NCBI GenBank assembly: GCA_964016885.1
Contig: OZ024741.1
Coordinates: 215,946,001-216,010,000, forward strand
From: Eledone cirrhosa
Taxonomy: Eukaryota
Length of the DNA stretch: 64,000 bases
Reading direction: 5' to 3'
Positions 1 to 14,469 of this stretch are shown piece after piece (position 1 is the first letter of the stretch; every line of letters starts with the position of its first letter). The translations under genes were made by a program, and so were the position numbers. Under the pieces are notes generated by a model, which did no database searches, was not told the DNA's origin, and saw nothing but the letters and a program-made list of their open reading frames with translations.

Positions 1-585
1 AAGAAAGTCAATCTGTAAACGCAGAAGTGGATATTTCAAAAAACGTTGAAACCGGAGGAAGACAGGAAGACGATACTTTGGTTCGTGGAAACGTTCGCTG
101 GCAAAGAACGAGAAAAAACGAATAAGATACGTCATTAATAGGAGCGGTGAAAAACAATTACGCGCAAAGACAGAACCACGTTTATGGTATAAAAGAGGTC
201 GTAGACTAATGTTCTCTTAGGTGGTTCATAGAGACGTTCTCTGGCAATGAACGAAAAAAACGAAGATAATACGTCATATGTGGAGCGTGGAGATCAATAG
301 CACGCAAAGACAAAACCACGTAGATGCTATAGCAGAAGTCGTAGACTAAAATTCTAACTAGGAGACCGAATGAATCTCCGTTTTTTTAAATATCCACTTC
401 TGCGTTTACAGATTGACTTTGCTAGTTTCAGAAGATCCCGTTAAGGGTGAAAGCAGCGATTCTTTGCTTAAACTTTAATCTGTTATTTTAATAAATATTT
501 GCTCTACGGTTCTTATAATTTGAAATATATTTATGCTTATCGAGCCCTCTTTGGATTTTAGTCTTAAAATTTATTATTATTACTA
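1..585. repeat. Fold-back pLTR-like element (left end outside window) with internal ~143-bp tandem duplication
   Basis: 4-45 is the reverse complement of 379-420; ~80-222 and ~222-364 are diverged tandem copies; a related copy lies at ~25610-25785. Confidence 0.65.
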
Positions 586-705
586 TATATATAGATATAT
601 GTAGATTTTGAATATATGGTGGTTGTATACCAACACCTCAGTATGCAGGCTGGAGCACTCGACAAAGTGTGCAGGTTGGTTTGGTTACTCCGGAGTAATG
701 TAAAA

Positions 706-1248
<543 letters not shown>

Positions 1249-1249
1249 C

Positions 1250-1301
<52 letters not shown>

Positions 1302-1305
<4 letters not shown>

Positions 1306-1508
1306 GTGAGGTTTTTTTTACAAAATGAAAAATAACCAAGGTGTCCTACACGAGTGGAAGTATAAAGAAAAAGAGATGAAATCGAAAATGCAACTGAAGT
1401 CTTATTTTTTTTTTCAAATATATATATTTATTTGGTTCCTTTACCGGTTTCGCAGTTCTTCTGCTTTTCAAAAGGTGAGTTGAGATGGAGGGTCTGTGGT
1501 TTTTCTCA
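1302..1508 (-). repeat. Short pLTR-derived family B copy between (TA)n tracts
   Basis: Homologous copies at ~13548-13625, ~25790-25985, ~26395-26470, ~31030-31165 and ~41160-41272. Confidence 0.75.
1438..1475 (-). ncRNA. Minimal hammerhead ribozyme, U3-A8 core variant (UUGAAAA)
   Basis: Minus strand reads CCUU UUGAAAA GCAG-AAGAA-CUGC GAAA CCGG UA AAGG; stems I and II pair and stem III is the palindrome ACCGGU. Confidence 0.7.
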
Positions 1509-1900
1509 ATATATATATATATATACTTAAGAAAATTAACAAAGAGGAGACAAGACAACGAACGAAAAACAATTTTTTAAGAAGAAACCTTAAATACTCT
1601 TTTCAATATAAATAAAATAACAAAAGACAAAGGACTCCAGATCATCGGCCGTTGAGAGAGACAGGGCGCTCTCGATCCCTACCAAAGGTATTGCTAGTCC
1701 ACAAGGGATCAGAGCGTATGACACAAGCCAAACGCTGTCCAGTGGAGCAAGAGACGATATATGTAGACACACATATATAAATATAACATATAATATATAT
1801 ATATATATTATATATATATATATATACATATAAGAAAGCTGGGTTAGTTCGGATCTAGCTGTCGAAACGGCCGGAGCTCTGCCTTCAGGGTCCCTGACTC

Positions 1901-1950
<50 letters not shown>

Positions 1951-2155
1951 TATATATATATATTCTCAAATGGAGCACGCATGTGCCGTCTTTGTCTAAG
2001 TGAGAAGAATAATTGGAAAACTGTGTTACCATGCACTTAATACCAGGCGATGTTCGCTGAGCTAATTCTTAACTATTGGATGTAAATACAATTTCATGTT
2101 GATTAAAATGTTAGTTATACACAGATTCCCATTGTAATCACTCAATTATTTGCTC

Positions 2156-2234
<79 letters not shown>

Positions 2235-2369
2235 TTATGTCTCTGTGTATATGTGTGTGCGCGTGTTTGTGTGGATGAGCATGTATATGTATAAATACAT
2301 GTATATATGTATATATATGTATATTATATATATATATATGTGCGTGTGCGTGTGTATATATATATATAT

Positions 2370-2403
<34 letters not shown>

Positions 2404-2938
2404 GTGATATTAATAAATGGAAACTATATTTATTAAACCATATTTATTTCATTATATATATTTCAAGGATACCATCAGACAAAATAAAATATATAACATT
2501 TTTATAAATAGACATTGACGTACCCCTTTAAAAATTGACCGTTGCTTTTGGAGGCCATCAGGATAGTGATTTGTTTACTTTAGTAAGTCATAGTGTTAAG
2601 AGTAAGTAAAAAGATGGAGAGAGAGAAACTTAAGGTTTTCGTTCCCTCTCCTCTCTCTATCTCTATATATCTCTCTCTGGATGTTTTCTCTGTCTGATGG
2701 TTTGATATCTCCCCGTTATTTTTCCTCTGTTCTCTTTTCTTTTTGCTTTCTTCTTTTTTTTTATCTATCTCTCCCTTTCTTTTCTCCACGTTTCTCTCTC
2801 TCTCTCTCCATCTTTTTACTTACTCTTAACACTATGACTTACTAAAGTAAACAAATCACTATCCTGATGGCCTCCAAAAGCAACGGTCAATTTTTAAAGG
2901 GGTACGTCAATGTCTATTTATAAAACTGTTATATATTG

Positions 2939-3003
2939 TATTTTGTCTGATGAAGGCATACCATAATGTAACTTGGTATCCTTGAAATATATATAATGAA
3001 ATA
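2939..3003 (+). ncRNA. Minimal hammerhead ribozyme in the 5' pLTR
   Basis: UAUUUUGU CUGAUGA AGGCAUACCA..UGGUAUCCUU GAAA UAUAUA UA AUGAAAUA. Confidence 0.85.
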
Positions 3004-3181
3004 AATATGGTTTTATAAATATAGTTTCCATTTATTAATAACGTATATCTACTCCAAATATTTGTCGAGTGCTTTATATCAGTTATAAAAATATTTGCTT
3101 GTTGTATCACAACAATTTAAATAAAACTTTTGCATATACTCTGCTCCTGTATTGTTGAGCGCTTTACATTATAACTGAAAA

Positions 3182-5405
3182 ATGGAATTCTTTAAGATCT
3201 CTTCTTCTCTAAAAGACATACCTCTACCTAGGAATAAAGATTTTATTAAACAATTAATAGAAAAATCAGACTATTTTATAAGAAGAATCAGGTGGCGTGC
3301 TTTCCACTTCGATAAATCTAATCTAAATGAAAATGATTCAAATCTGGATAGAATCTTCAAATCTAAAAAAAATCCACCCCCCAACAAACTACTAATGGAT
3401 TTTGAAAATGATATCATATCTATCATCCAAAGCATAAAATTCAAAAACAACTTCAAAGGCCAAGATTACTTAAGAGATATTAAGGATAAGATTGAAAACT
3501 TGGAGAAAACAGAGAAAATTCTAGTCAAGTCGGACAAAATAATAATCTTTACGGAATACAAAAGGACATTTATAACGACCTTATATTGAAGGAACTAAGG
3601 AAGAAATATAAAGTAGCAAATAAGGACGAACTTGAAAAACTGAATACAGATGCCTCTTGTATAATGCATGAACTAGACATTGAAAATAAAACACAACCCT
3701 TCATGCCAAGGAAACCTAAGATCAATATGAAGGATCATAATAGAAACTTTGAAAATGATTTACCAGTCAGATTAATTTCACCATCAAAATCTGACCTGGG
3801 CAGACTTAGCAAAAATATTCTAGACAGAGTAATACAACAAATTAAGAATTTACCTAATTTATCTTACTTAAAATTATGGAAAGGGACTAGTGAGGTTATC
3901 GATTGGTTTAAAGAAATTAAATATAACTATAATAATAAGTTTATTCAGTTGGATATTGTTAACTACTACTCATCTATCACTCCTAATCTACTGAATAAGG
4001 CATTAACTTACGCATTTAAACATACAGACCTAACTAACAATGAAATGCACATTATATTATCGGCACGGAAAACATTAATAGAATTTAATAACCAACTCTG
4101 GACTAGGGCAGATAGAAATAATAATTTTGACATAACTAAGGGATATTCAGACTCAACTCAGGTAACGGACCTTGTGGGCCTATTTATAATTAATTCTCTA
4201 CATAGAAAAATACCAGATGTAGCCGGAGGCTTATATCGTGACGACATGCTTTTACTTATAGAAAATAATAGCTGTGAACTAAATAGAAAAAGAAAACAAA
4301 TTATACAATTTTTTAATTACCTTAATCTAAAAGTAGATATAGAGAATAACCATAAAATAGTCAATTTTCAAGATGTAACACTAAATCTCAACACATGTCT
4401 TCATTATCCATTTCACAAACTAAATGAGAACTTAAATTATGTCAATTTTAACTCTAATCACCCCAGATCCGTTAAAAATACTATAGTGAACTCTGTTCAA
4501 GAACGAATTTCAAGAATTTCATCTAATAAGAATATATTTGATGAAAAAGCGCATTATTACAATGAAGCGTTAGGTAAATCTGGGTATAGAAATAAAATTA
4601 AATACATTGATAATAATAATAATATACAAAATAACCAAAATAATAACAACTTTAATTATGGTATCAATTTCAACAACCATAATAGAAAATATTACTATAA
4701 CTCCGAAAGCCGAAAAAGAAATAGAACTAGGAATATATTATGGTTCGCTCCCCCTTTCTCACTAACTATTAAAATCCCTATTGCTAAACTATTCTTTAAA
4801 GCTCTTGACAAACGATTCCCTAGAACACATAAATATTGCTCAATTTTTAATAGACATACTATAAAATTAACCTACTCTTCTACCAAAAATTTAGCGCAAA
4901 ATATTAATAGAATTAATAGAAATTTAAAACCAAACAAAATACCAATAATAACCCAAGCAATATTCAATCGAATAACTGTAACTGTAGAAATAAATCCAAC
5001 TGTCCGTTAAATAACAACTGCTTAGCTAAAAATGTAGTTTATAATTGTAATGTGAAAACTAATTTAAATTCATTTAACTATGTCGGTTCTACCTCTACAG
5101 AATTTAAATCCCGCTTCAATAATCATAAAAATTCTTTTACAGATCCAAACAAAAAATCTTCAACTTCGCTATCTAGCCTATTATGGGACCTAAAACGAGA
5201 TAATGTTGAATATTCGCTGATTTGGAATATTATTTCAAAAGCTACTCCTTTTAATTCCTCTTCAGAAAATTGTGACCTTTGTATAGAGGAAATATTTTTT
5301 ATATTAAAGACCAAAAATTCCCTTAATTTAAGGAATAATTCATTCAGTTGCTGCAGACATAGATTGAACTCAACGTTTAAATATAAATATAAATTTAAAA
5401 TGTAG
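3182..5405 (+). pseudogene. PLE polyprotein (reverse transcriptase + GIY-YIG endonuclease) broken by two frameshifts
   Basis: Motifs VRLISPSKSDLG, QLDIVNYYSSI, GGLYRDD, ILWFAPPFS, CNCRNKSNCPLNNNCL, VVY..YVGSTSTEFKSRFNNH, CDLCIEE, CCRHR; frameshifts near 3540-3586 and 4960-5010. Confidence 0.92.
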
Positions 5406-7169
5406 TTTAATTAATTAAGTAATTTAGTTAATATATGTAACCTGTCGATAAATCATTAGATTCCTTCACCTTTTTCATTTTCTTTGCTTAAGTACCCAAG
5501 TATAAATTTTCTTCATACATATAATTATAAATATAATAAACTATTCTAGAAAAGTTTATCCTTTCAATATCTTGAATAAAATATACGTAAGATAAATTTC
5601 TATACTAAACATATTATTTTAGCTTAAAATATTCTATATTTTAAGAGTTTTAAAAATTTTTTTTTTTTTTTAAATTTAAAAAAAGTTTTTTTTTAATTTT
5701 TAAAAAAAATTTAAAAAAAAATTTTTTATTTTTTTATTTTTAAACTTTTTAAATATTTTGATATCTGTAGAATCCTTATTTTTAAGTTATATTGATATAA
5801 TATTTTATTTTTTATTAGATTCATTTTATTTATTTTTTTATTAGATTCATTATATTTTTTATTTTTATTGGATTTGTTTTTATTAGATTTGTTTTTATTC
5901 TGATAGCTTCTCATAATTTTTATTAGATTTATTTTTTATTCTGATAGCCTTCTCATCATTTCCAAAAGTTTGTCCTTTCAATATCTTGATTAAAATATAC
6001 GTAAGATTAATTTCAATACTAAATATATGAAACATATTATTTTAACTTAAAATATTCTATAATATTTTGGGATATTTTAGTATTTTGATATTTGTAGAAT
6101 TCGTTTGCCTTTTAAGTTATATTGATATAATTATATTTCCAAAATATAATCCTTTTGTATTTTATATACTCAATTGTACTATGTTATATGTTGATGTATA
6201 CGTATATCTATGTACGGCTAATGTATCTATATGTGTGTGTTGACATACATATACATGTGTTATATGCTTTTTTATGATTATATGTCTGTCTGTATATATG
6301 CATGAGTGACGCGTGTATACCAATTGAAGATGTACACACATATCTATTCATGTATAGCTAAGAATTATGGATGTGAATGCACAGGCTTACACATGCAGTT
6401 TTTGATTGCAGATATGCATAACTTAACAGCAATAAATGCATGAAAGTTAATCCTATATATTTATATATATACACTAAAAACTTTTAATTTTTAATTAATA
6501 ACACAGGGAATGTATGGCAATAAATAAAAAATCACTTATGCTTTGTATATATATATTATATGCGGGAGTTGATATAATGTGTATTTTCTGAGTGAGTGTG
6601 TATATATATATATTTATGTACCTTTGCCTATGTGTATGTAATATGCGATAGATAATCTCTCTAGCAATATATATATTTTATAATGTTTAAATTCCAATTT
6701 TTAATATATTGATCTCAATTTTAAACTAAATATCTAATCATAATTAAACAATGTGTAATTTCTCATATTATATATCTATATTCCATTCATGAATATTAAT
6801 ATTTCTAATTTTATTTATGCTTTTCATCCCAATTGTTAACTCAACTTAATATGACATAACTTAAGGTTTTCGTTCTCTCCCCCCTCTCTCTATCTCTATA
6901 TATCTCTCTCTGGATTTTTTCTCTGTCTGATGGTTTGATATCTCCCCGTTATTTTTCCTCTGTTCTCTTTTCTTTTTGCTTTCTTGTTTTTCTTTATCTA
7001 TCTCTCCCTTTCTTTTCTCCACGTTTCTCTCTCTCTCTCCATCTTTTTACTTACTCTTAACACTATGACTTACTAAAGTAAACAAATCACTATCCTGATG
7101 GCCTCCAAAAGCAACGGTCAATTTTTAAAGGGGTACGTCAATGTCTATTTATAAAACTGTTATATATTG

Positions 7170-7234
7170 TATTTTGTCTGATGAAGGCATACCATAATGT
7201 AACTTGGTATCCTTGAAATATATATAATGAAATA
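7170..7234 (+). ncRNA. Minimal hammerhead ribozyme in the 3' pLTR
   Basis: Same sequence as 2939-3003. Confidence 0.85.
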
Positions 7235-7361
7235 AATATGGTTTTATAAATATAGTTTCCATTTATTAATATCGTATATCTACTCCAAATATTTGTCGAG
7301 TGCTTTATATCAGTTATAAAAATATTTGCTTGTTGTATCCCAACAATTTAAATAACACTTT

Positions 7362-7421
<60 letters not shown>

Positions 7422-7422
7422 A

Positions 7423-7982
7423 ATGTGTACGTACATACATATATGTATACAGACATACAGTAGTATGTATATATATACATACATGCACACATATATATAT
7501 GTACGCATGGATTTACCGAACATTTATTATAATACTCGGTTTGTTTGTAAACAAACATCCTGAATTAAGCCGTACAGTGTTTACCAACCATAGTTGCCCT
7601 TTTGTTCAACACTGACAAAGGAACGATGTTCTAGTCTCAAACTTATTAGCTATCGTCAGCACCTTACACCTTACTGCCAGGTTGATTGAACGTCTGAAAG
7701 TATATACTTTCCTTATGCATATTAACGGCTGAGCAGCCTAATTTGCTGACAATCGCTAATAAGCTTGAAACTAGTACATCGTTCCTTTGTCAGTGTTGAA
7801 CAAAAGGGCAACGATGGTTGCTAAACACTGAACGGCTTATTTCGAGATGTTTGTTTACAAACAAACCGAGCATTATAATAAATGTTCGGTAAATTCATAC
7901 GCACATATATATATGTGTGCATGTATGTATATATATACATATTACTGTACGTCTGTATACATAGATGTATGTACGTATACAT
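7423..7982. mobile_element. Fold-back module with ~240-bp diverged arms and a degenerate HHR at the inner ends
   Basis: Arms ~7423-7660 and ~7745-7982; arm consensus CUGACGA..AGCU AAUA AGCUU GAAA CUAG UA. Confidence 0.75.
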
Positions 7983-8081
7983 ACTTATATTTAAGTAACT
8001 GCCGTACTAAGAGTGAGAAATGAAATTTCGTTTCATTTTTTCCATTTATATATATATATGGATATATATATATATATATGC

Positions 8082-8208
<127 letters not shown>

Positions 8209-8245
8209 TATCAATAAATAAATAGAATATATATATACGTATATA

Positions 8246-8869
8246 TAATAAATCAAGAAAGAAGAGCGACATGGTTTTCTATACAATAAGGGCTTTATTC
8301 ACATTGCTGAATTGTTTCTCTGACCTGGTAGGTCTAGAGATCGCTACCCGCCTGTTTTGGCGTCAATCGATCACCAATACTTTGTTATAACCAGTCAGTT
8401 CATCAGAGCGTGCGAAAATGAAGGGAATACATAGGCATGGCTTCTATATATAGTAGTGGCATTAAATCAGAACAATAATAACAATACTAACAATACTAGT
8501 AATACTACAATAAATTAGCTAGACCGTAAATATTTAAAATAATCACAATATCAATTTAAGTAATATCAATTTGGTGATCGATTGACGCCAAAACAGGCGG
8601 GAAGCGATCTCTAGACCTACCAGTTCAGAGAAACAATTGTCAGCAATGTGAATAAAGCCCTTATTGTATAGCAAACCATGTCACTCTTCTTTCTTGATTT
8701 ATTATTACTCCAAGTGTAAACAACATAGAAATCACCGCGTACTCGCAGCATCACTATGGAAACGTCTTGTTGAGTCAAACTTAGCCAAGCGTCAATACTA
8801 TCCACTACTCGGAGTACCCTAACTGGACTACATCTAAGTGGACTACGTATAACAATGATTTGTTATCCC

Positions 8870-8870
<1 letters not shown>
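8246..8870. mobile_element. Fold-back pLTR module between (TA)n tracts
   Basis: Arms ~8247-8377 and ~8571-8705 are reverse complements. Confidence 0.8.
8306..8409 (-). ncRNA. Hammerhead ribozyme motif with a long stem II insertion
   Basis: GCU CUGAUGA ACUGACUGGU..ACCAGGUCAGA GAAA CAAUUC AGC; the other arm keeps the fuller palindrome ACAAUUGU-C. Confidence 0.6.
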
Positions 8871-8950
<80 letters not shown>

Positions 8951-8966
8951 TATGCATATATATACT

Positions 8967-9009
<43 letters not shown>

Positions 9010-9337
9010 GTATATGCATATAAATAACATGTATATACATATATATACACATATAAATGCCTATTATTTATTTATATATACATACATGCACACATTTATA
9101 CTACACACAAATATACGTATATGTATTTATCTCATCGATATTTCTATCTCCGTATAATTGATCTCGTTCGCTTAATAGGTCTTGTGGTGATCGACATTAT
9201 TGGATACATAGACAGATAGATAGATAGATCGACAGACAGATAGATAGAGAGAGAGATACATAGATAGTTAGAAGTGGGTGAGTGAGCGAGAGCGAGAGAG
9301 AAAGGGGGGAGTATAGCGCTATAATAAATATATATAA

Positions 9338-9429
<92 letters not shown>

Positions 9430-9445
9430 TTCCTTCATAACTTTT

Positions 9446-9483
<38 letters not shown>

Positions 9484-9918
9484 CTTTGTGTGCATATATA
9501 TATAAATGGTGGGTGTGCGGAGTTATGTGTGTGTAAATATTTGTGTGTGTATATATATATATATATACACACACACACATACACACACACACATATATAT
9601 ATATATATACATAGAAGGGAGAGAAAATAAGATAGAGTGAGCTTTAATTTAGACCGTTTATGGAGAATAATTATAGCATGGATATTAATTGCATAGCGTC
9701 AAAATGTTAACTGAAAAACGAAGAGAATATAAGAAGGAATAATTAAATAAAAATATATAATGAATAAATAGAGGCAAAATATATTTAGGAATAAATACAG
9801 AGGAATAATTGACATGAAAAACAAATAAACAACGCTGTATAGTTCAAAGGGAAATAAGTCAAAATTCACCATTTATTTCATCAATGTTTTAACTGGTGGA
9901 CGATGTAATTAAGACATG

Positions 9919-10052
<134 letters not shown>

Positions 10053-10153
10053 GCTTTTATATGTATATATATATATGTGTGTGTATGTATGTATACATAT
10101 GTATGTATATATATATGTATGTATATGTATATATATATACATGCATGTATATA

Positions 10154-10193
<40 letters not shown>

Positions 10194-10603
10194 AAAGAGA
10201 AAACACAGGTAAGCATTAAGAGAAGGATATATATATATTGATTAAAGAGCAAAATACCTGTTGATAGCGCGATATTCCTTGTTCGATCTTTATGCTGAAA
10301 GTTTATAGTTTTAAGCAGACAGTATTTTAGTGTCATAGAAACCCTGCATTTGGATTTTACCATCATTTCCACTTGGATCCAGGTCTGTTTATATCATTTA
10401 TTTTTTTTGTCCTGTTTACCTTGACTTGTTTTTTGGCTCATGGTTAATGCCTTCTTGACCACTTTTCAGTTTGTTTGGCGTTTTAACATATTGTTTAGCT
10501 CTAGTTTTTCTTAACTATTGAGCGCTTGCCAGCATTTCTACGATTTTGCTTTTCGTTTCGCTTTTTCTACCAGCCGAAATACGATTCTCGCTGAATATAT
10601 ATT

Positions 10604-10636
<33 letters not shown>

Positions 10637-10779
10637 GGAGAGAGAGATATGTATGTATATATATATGTGTATATATATATATAATAATAATAATAAATAC
10701 AAACGCAGGCAAATGATGTTAACATTTACTCGGTCTAAAAATACGTTTGGTATTTTAACGGTAATGACTTCTATTTTTC

Positions 10780-12480
10780 GCACAAGACCAACAATTTAAA
10801 GGTCGATAAAATCCCTGAGCGCCATCCAACCACCTCAATACGTTACTGGTGTTTTATTTTATTGACCCTCGTGAGGATGGAATGTGAAGTTAAACCTCGG
10901 AGTGATTTGAACTCAGAACTTAAAAGGACTTAACTATATGCCGCAAAGCGTGTTATGTTTTCCGACGTTCTACAGATACAGTCAATTTACTATTTGATAT
11001 TCTGCAAGAAGTATATCATGGAAGTTGATAAAATAAAGTACCAGTGATGTATTGATATCGGTTTGATCTAAGTTCCCCTTCTCTCGAATTGTTGGCATTA
11101 TGTTTAAATACGGAACCATTGGACTGGCAGTATTAGTAGAGGTTCGGACGCTATGCTTTGCAGCAAAGAGTTACGGCCCTTTATGGTCTGAGTTCAAATC
11201 CCACCGAGGTTAACCTTGCCTTTCATCCTTACGGGGTCGATAAAATAAAGTACCAGTAATGCACTTGGTAATTGGTGGCCTTGAGCCAAATGTAGAAACA
11301 ATTATTATAATGAAAAGCGGTGCATTGGCAGTGTCGGTAGAGCATCGGACAACATGCACAGCGGCTATGAGTTACGCCCCTTTACGTTGTGAATTCAATT
11401 TTGTGGAAGGGGTGGGTACCAGTGCATTACTGGTACTTTATTTTATAGTCCCCGTAAGGATGAAAGGCAAAGCTAAACTTGGTGGTATTTGAAGACTGGT
11501 AACAAAGGGCCATAAAATCTATGTTGCAAAGCATCTTGACCGATGCTCTACCGAAACTGCCAATCTGCCGCCCTTTATAGGTAGTAGTAATAATTGTTTC
11601 TACTTTTGGCACAAGGCCAGCAATTACCCAGTGCATTACTGGTACTTTATTTTATCGACTCCGTAAGGATGAAAGACAAAATTAACCTCGGTGGGATTTG
11701 AACTCAGAATGGCAAGGGCCGTAACTCTTTGTTGCAAAGTGTTTCCTACTTTAGGCACATGGCCAGCAATTTTGGGTGAGGGGAGAGTCGATTAAATCGA
11801 CCCCAGTGCATTACTGGTATACTTTATTTTTTTCGAGCCCTTAAGGATGAAAGGCAAAACTAACCACGACAGCATTTGAACTCAGAACGTAAAGGGCCCT
11901 AACTATATGCCACAAAGCATCTTGTCTGACGCCCCACCAATACTGGCAATCTACCGCCCTAGATAATATTAATAATGATTTCTGGTATAGGCACAAGGCC
12001 AGTAATTTGAGGGCTGGGGAAAGTCGATTAAATCGACTCCAGTACGTTACTGGTATTTCATTTTATCGACCCTGTGAGAATGAAAGGCAAGGTTAACCTC
12101 GGTGGAATTTCAACTTAGACCGTAAAGGGCCGTAACTCTACGCCGTAAAGCATGGTGGCCGAGGCTGTACCGATACTGCCAATCCAGCGCCATTTTTATC
12201 AGTGTATTACTGGTACGTTGTTTTATCGATCCCGTAAGGATGAAAGGCAAAGTTAACCTCGGCGGGATTTGAACTCAGACCATAAAGTGCCGTAACTCTT
12301 TGCTGCAAAGCATGGCGTCAGACCCTCCACCGATACTGCCAATCCACCGCTATTTTTTTTTTTGTTAATAATTGTTTCTACTTTAGGCACAAGGCCAGCA
12401 ATTACCCAGTACATTACTGGGACTTTATTTTATCGACCCCGTAAGGATGAAAGGCAAAGTCAACCTTTTGTTAATAATAA
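10780..12480. mobile_element. Cluster of about 9-10 tRNA-derived SINE copies (Octopus OR-type-like) in both orientations
   Basis: Recurrent B-box GAGTTCAAATCCC followed by GAGGTTAACCTTGCCTTTCATCC..GGGGTCGATAAAATAAAGTACCAGT; plus-strand copies ~11020-11410, minus-strand copies on either side. Confidence 0.85.
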
Positions 12481-12841
12481 TGACACTTTCGCTTTTTAGT
12501 TTAAATCCACACATTGCAAAAATATCTACCGGAAATTGAACATTAGTTTTTGGAATTCCAAAGTAGAAACGAGGCGGAGAGAGGGGGTGTTGTTGATTGT
12601 TGTTATTGTTATTGTTTTGAGGATTTATCGTAAATAGTTTTGATGGAATCAGGTGAAATATATCGATTTTCCATCGATATTCTGTTGTGGTTGTTCTAAT
12701 TTTTTCTTGTTGATTTCGTTGCTTTTTTTGTCGTTGTTGTTGTTGCTTAAAACCAAGTGCGGACCAATGATCAAAGTGATTTGAACGATGACTCTCTAGT
12801 CTTATTCTTTTTTTGTTTTTATATTTTATTTGCTTATTCAG

Positions 12842-12900
12842 GTATAGTATACCCAGAAGTACATTATCAGATGTGTCCTTTGCCCTTTTCGATAGAATTT
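12842..12900 (+). other. Candidate short host exon
   Basis: Pyrimidine tract and TTATTCAG acceptor, GTAAGG donor, open frame IVYPEVHYQMCPLPFSIEF; no partner exon identified. Confidence 0.3.
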
Positions 12901-13404
12901 GTAAGGAATATGGCAACTTTTAATTGTTGTTTTTTGTGTTGTTGTTTAAGCCACATTTGGTCTTCATCCATTAGAACAATGATCAAAGACGTCCCAACCA
13001 TGACCTCGTGGTATTTTGCTCTTGTTTTTGTTTTGTTTTGTTTTTTTGTAGTATTAAAACATGCTATATGTGTTTGTGTTTGTATCTGTGTGTGTGCATG
13101 AAACACGTGTAGAACTAAAATTATGTTTTAAATATAACTCTCTTAATAAATTTTGAGTTCTGCAGCCCTTAGCCTAACAGTCTACAACAGAATCAACGAC
13201 TGAAACAATCCTCACCATATTTTGAACTACTGTTGTATCAAGGAAACTGGATTGCAGAGAGCATCTCTTATCTTTACAAGGATCTATATAGAAAAACACC
13301 AATATTACCATACATATACTATATATATATAGCCAATATTATATATACACACACACATATATATTATGTCTATATCTATCTATCTATCTCTCTATCTATT
13401 TTCA

Positions 13405-13543
<139 letters not shown>

Positions 13544-13643
13544 TTATAAGGAAAAGAAAAGAAATCGAAAATGTAATATTTATTTATTTCCTTTACCGGT
13601 TTCACAGTTCCTATGCTTTTCATTCATATATATATATACATTT

Positions 13644-13695
<52 letters not shown>

Positions 13696-13769
13696 ATAAT
13701 AATAAATTTGAAGACTAAAATCCAAAGAGGGCTCGATAATATTTTAATAAATATATATATATATATATA

Positions 13770-14180
13770 TGGTGGCTGCCAACTCGTTTTCGAGTACGGC
13801 CACTACTTTATATCCATGTAGGAGAACCCCTACCGATGCGCTGAACGAATGTGACTTTAGTCCAGCCAGCGACTTGAAAACTCTGGTACAAAGACTACAC
13901 TTGTGACCATTATTGACACATAGTGCAGGGCCCATGGTACCATGTGATGACAAGTGCAGAGAGATCTCCAGATATAAAGCAATGCCTGTGCTGTGAAGCT
14001 TTTATAGTGAGCAAAGGCACTGCACAAAGCCAGTCCCACTCTCTTAACCAAGATGATATTTACCAAAAAGAAGAACAGGTCAACATCATTGGATACCATC
14101 AGGGTTGCAGGTGTTATATCAGAGTTTTCCTTCTCCTAGAATTCTGCCTTGACAAAGGCTAAGGGGTCATCTCTCCCGGA
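13770..14180 (-). mobile_element. Degenerate LINE (RTE-like) 3' fragment
   Basis: Minus-strand peptide HKCSLCTRVFKSLAGLKSH resembles the C-terminal zinc-finger tail of RTE-clade ORFs. Confidence 0.4.
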
Positions 14181-14299
14181 TATATATATATATATACATA
14201 TATATACACACATACATATATATATATATACATAATAGGAAAAGAGTCAGGACCCCGACGGCTGATCTCCGGCCATATCGACAGCTAGTTATACACACA

Positions 14300-14349
<50 letters not shown>

Positions 14350-14469
14350 ATATTGGATATGAATTGAAGCTGTAGCTGCCATATAGGCTGCGAATAATCC
14401 AGAGTTTGACATATTTTGACATATTTTGACATAGTTTGACATATTTTACCATTACTAAAGCTTTTGTGG

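Larger units (their letters stand above)
2406..7364 (+). mobile_element. Near-full-length Penelope-like retroelement (Naiad-like) with two direct pLTRs and a 5' inverted partial pLTR
   Basis: Direct repeats 2627-3133 and 6858-7364; inverted partial copy 2406-2625; RT plus GIY-YIG ORF; both ends abut (TA)n. Confidence 0.92.

Noticed and set aside
2860-2895. Second HHR in the pLTR (CTGATGGCC..AACGGTC)
   Set aside because: The core lacks A9 and GAAA and the stems are not supported; at most a relic
10780-12480. CRISPR-like or tRNA gene array
   Set aside because: Units are long, diverged, in mixed orientation and lack a cloverleaf; they are SINEs in eukaryotic DNA
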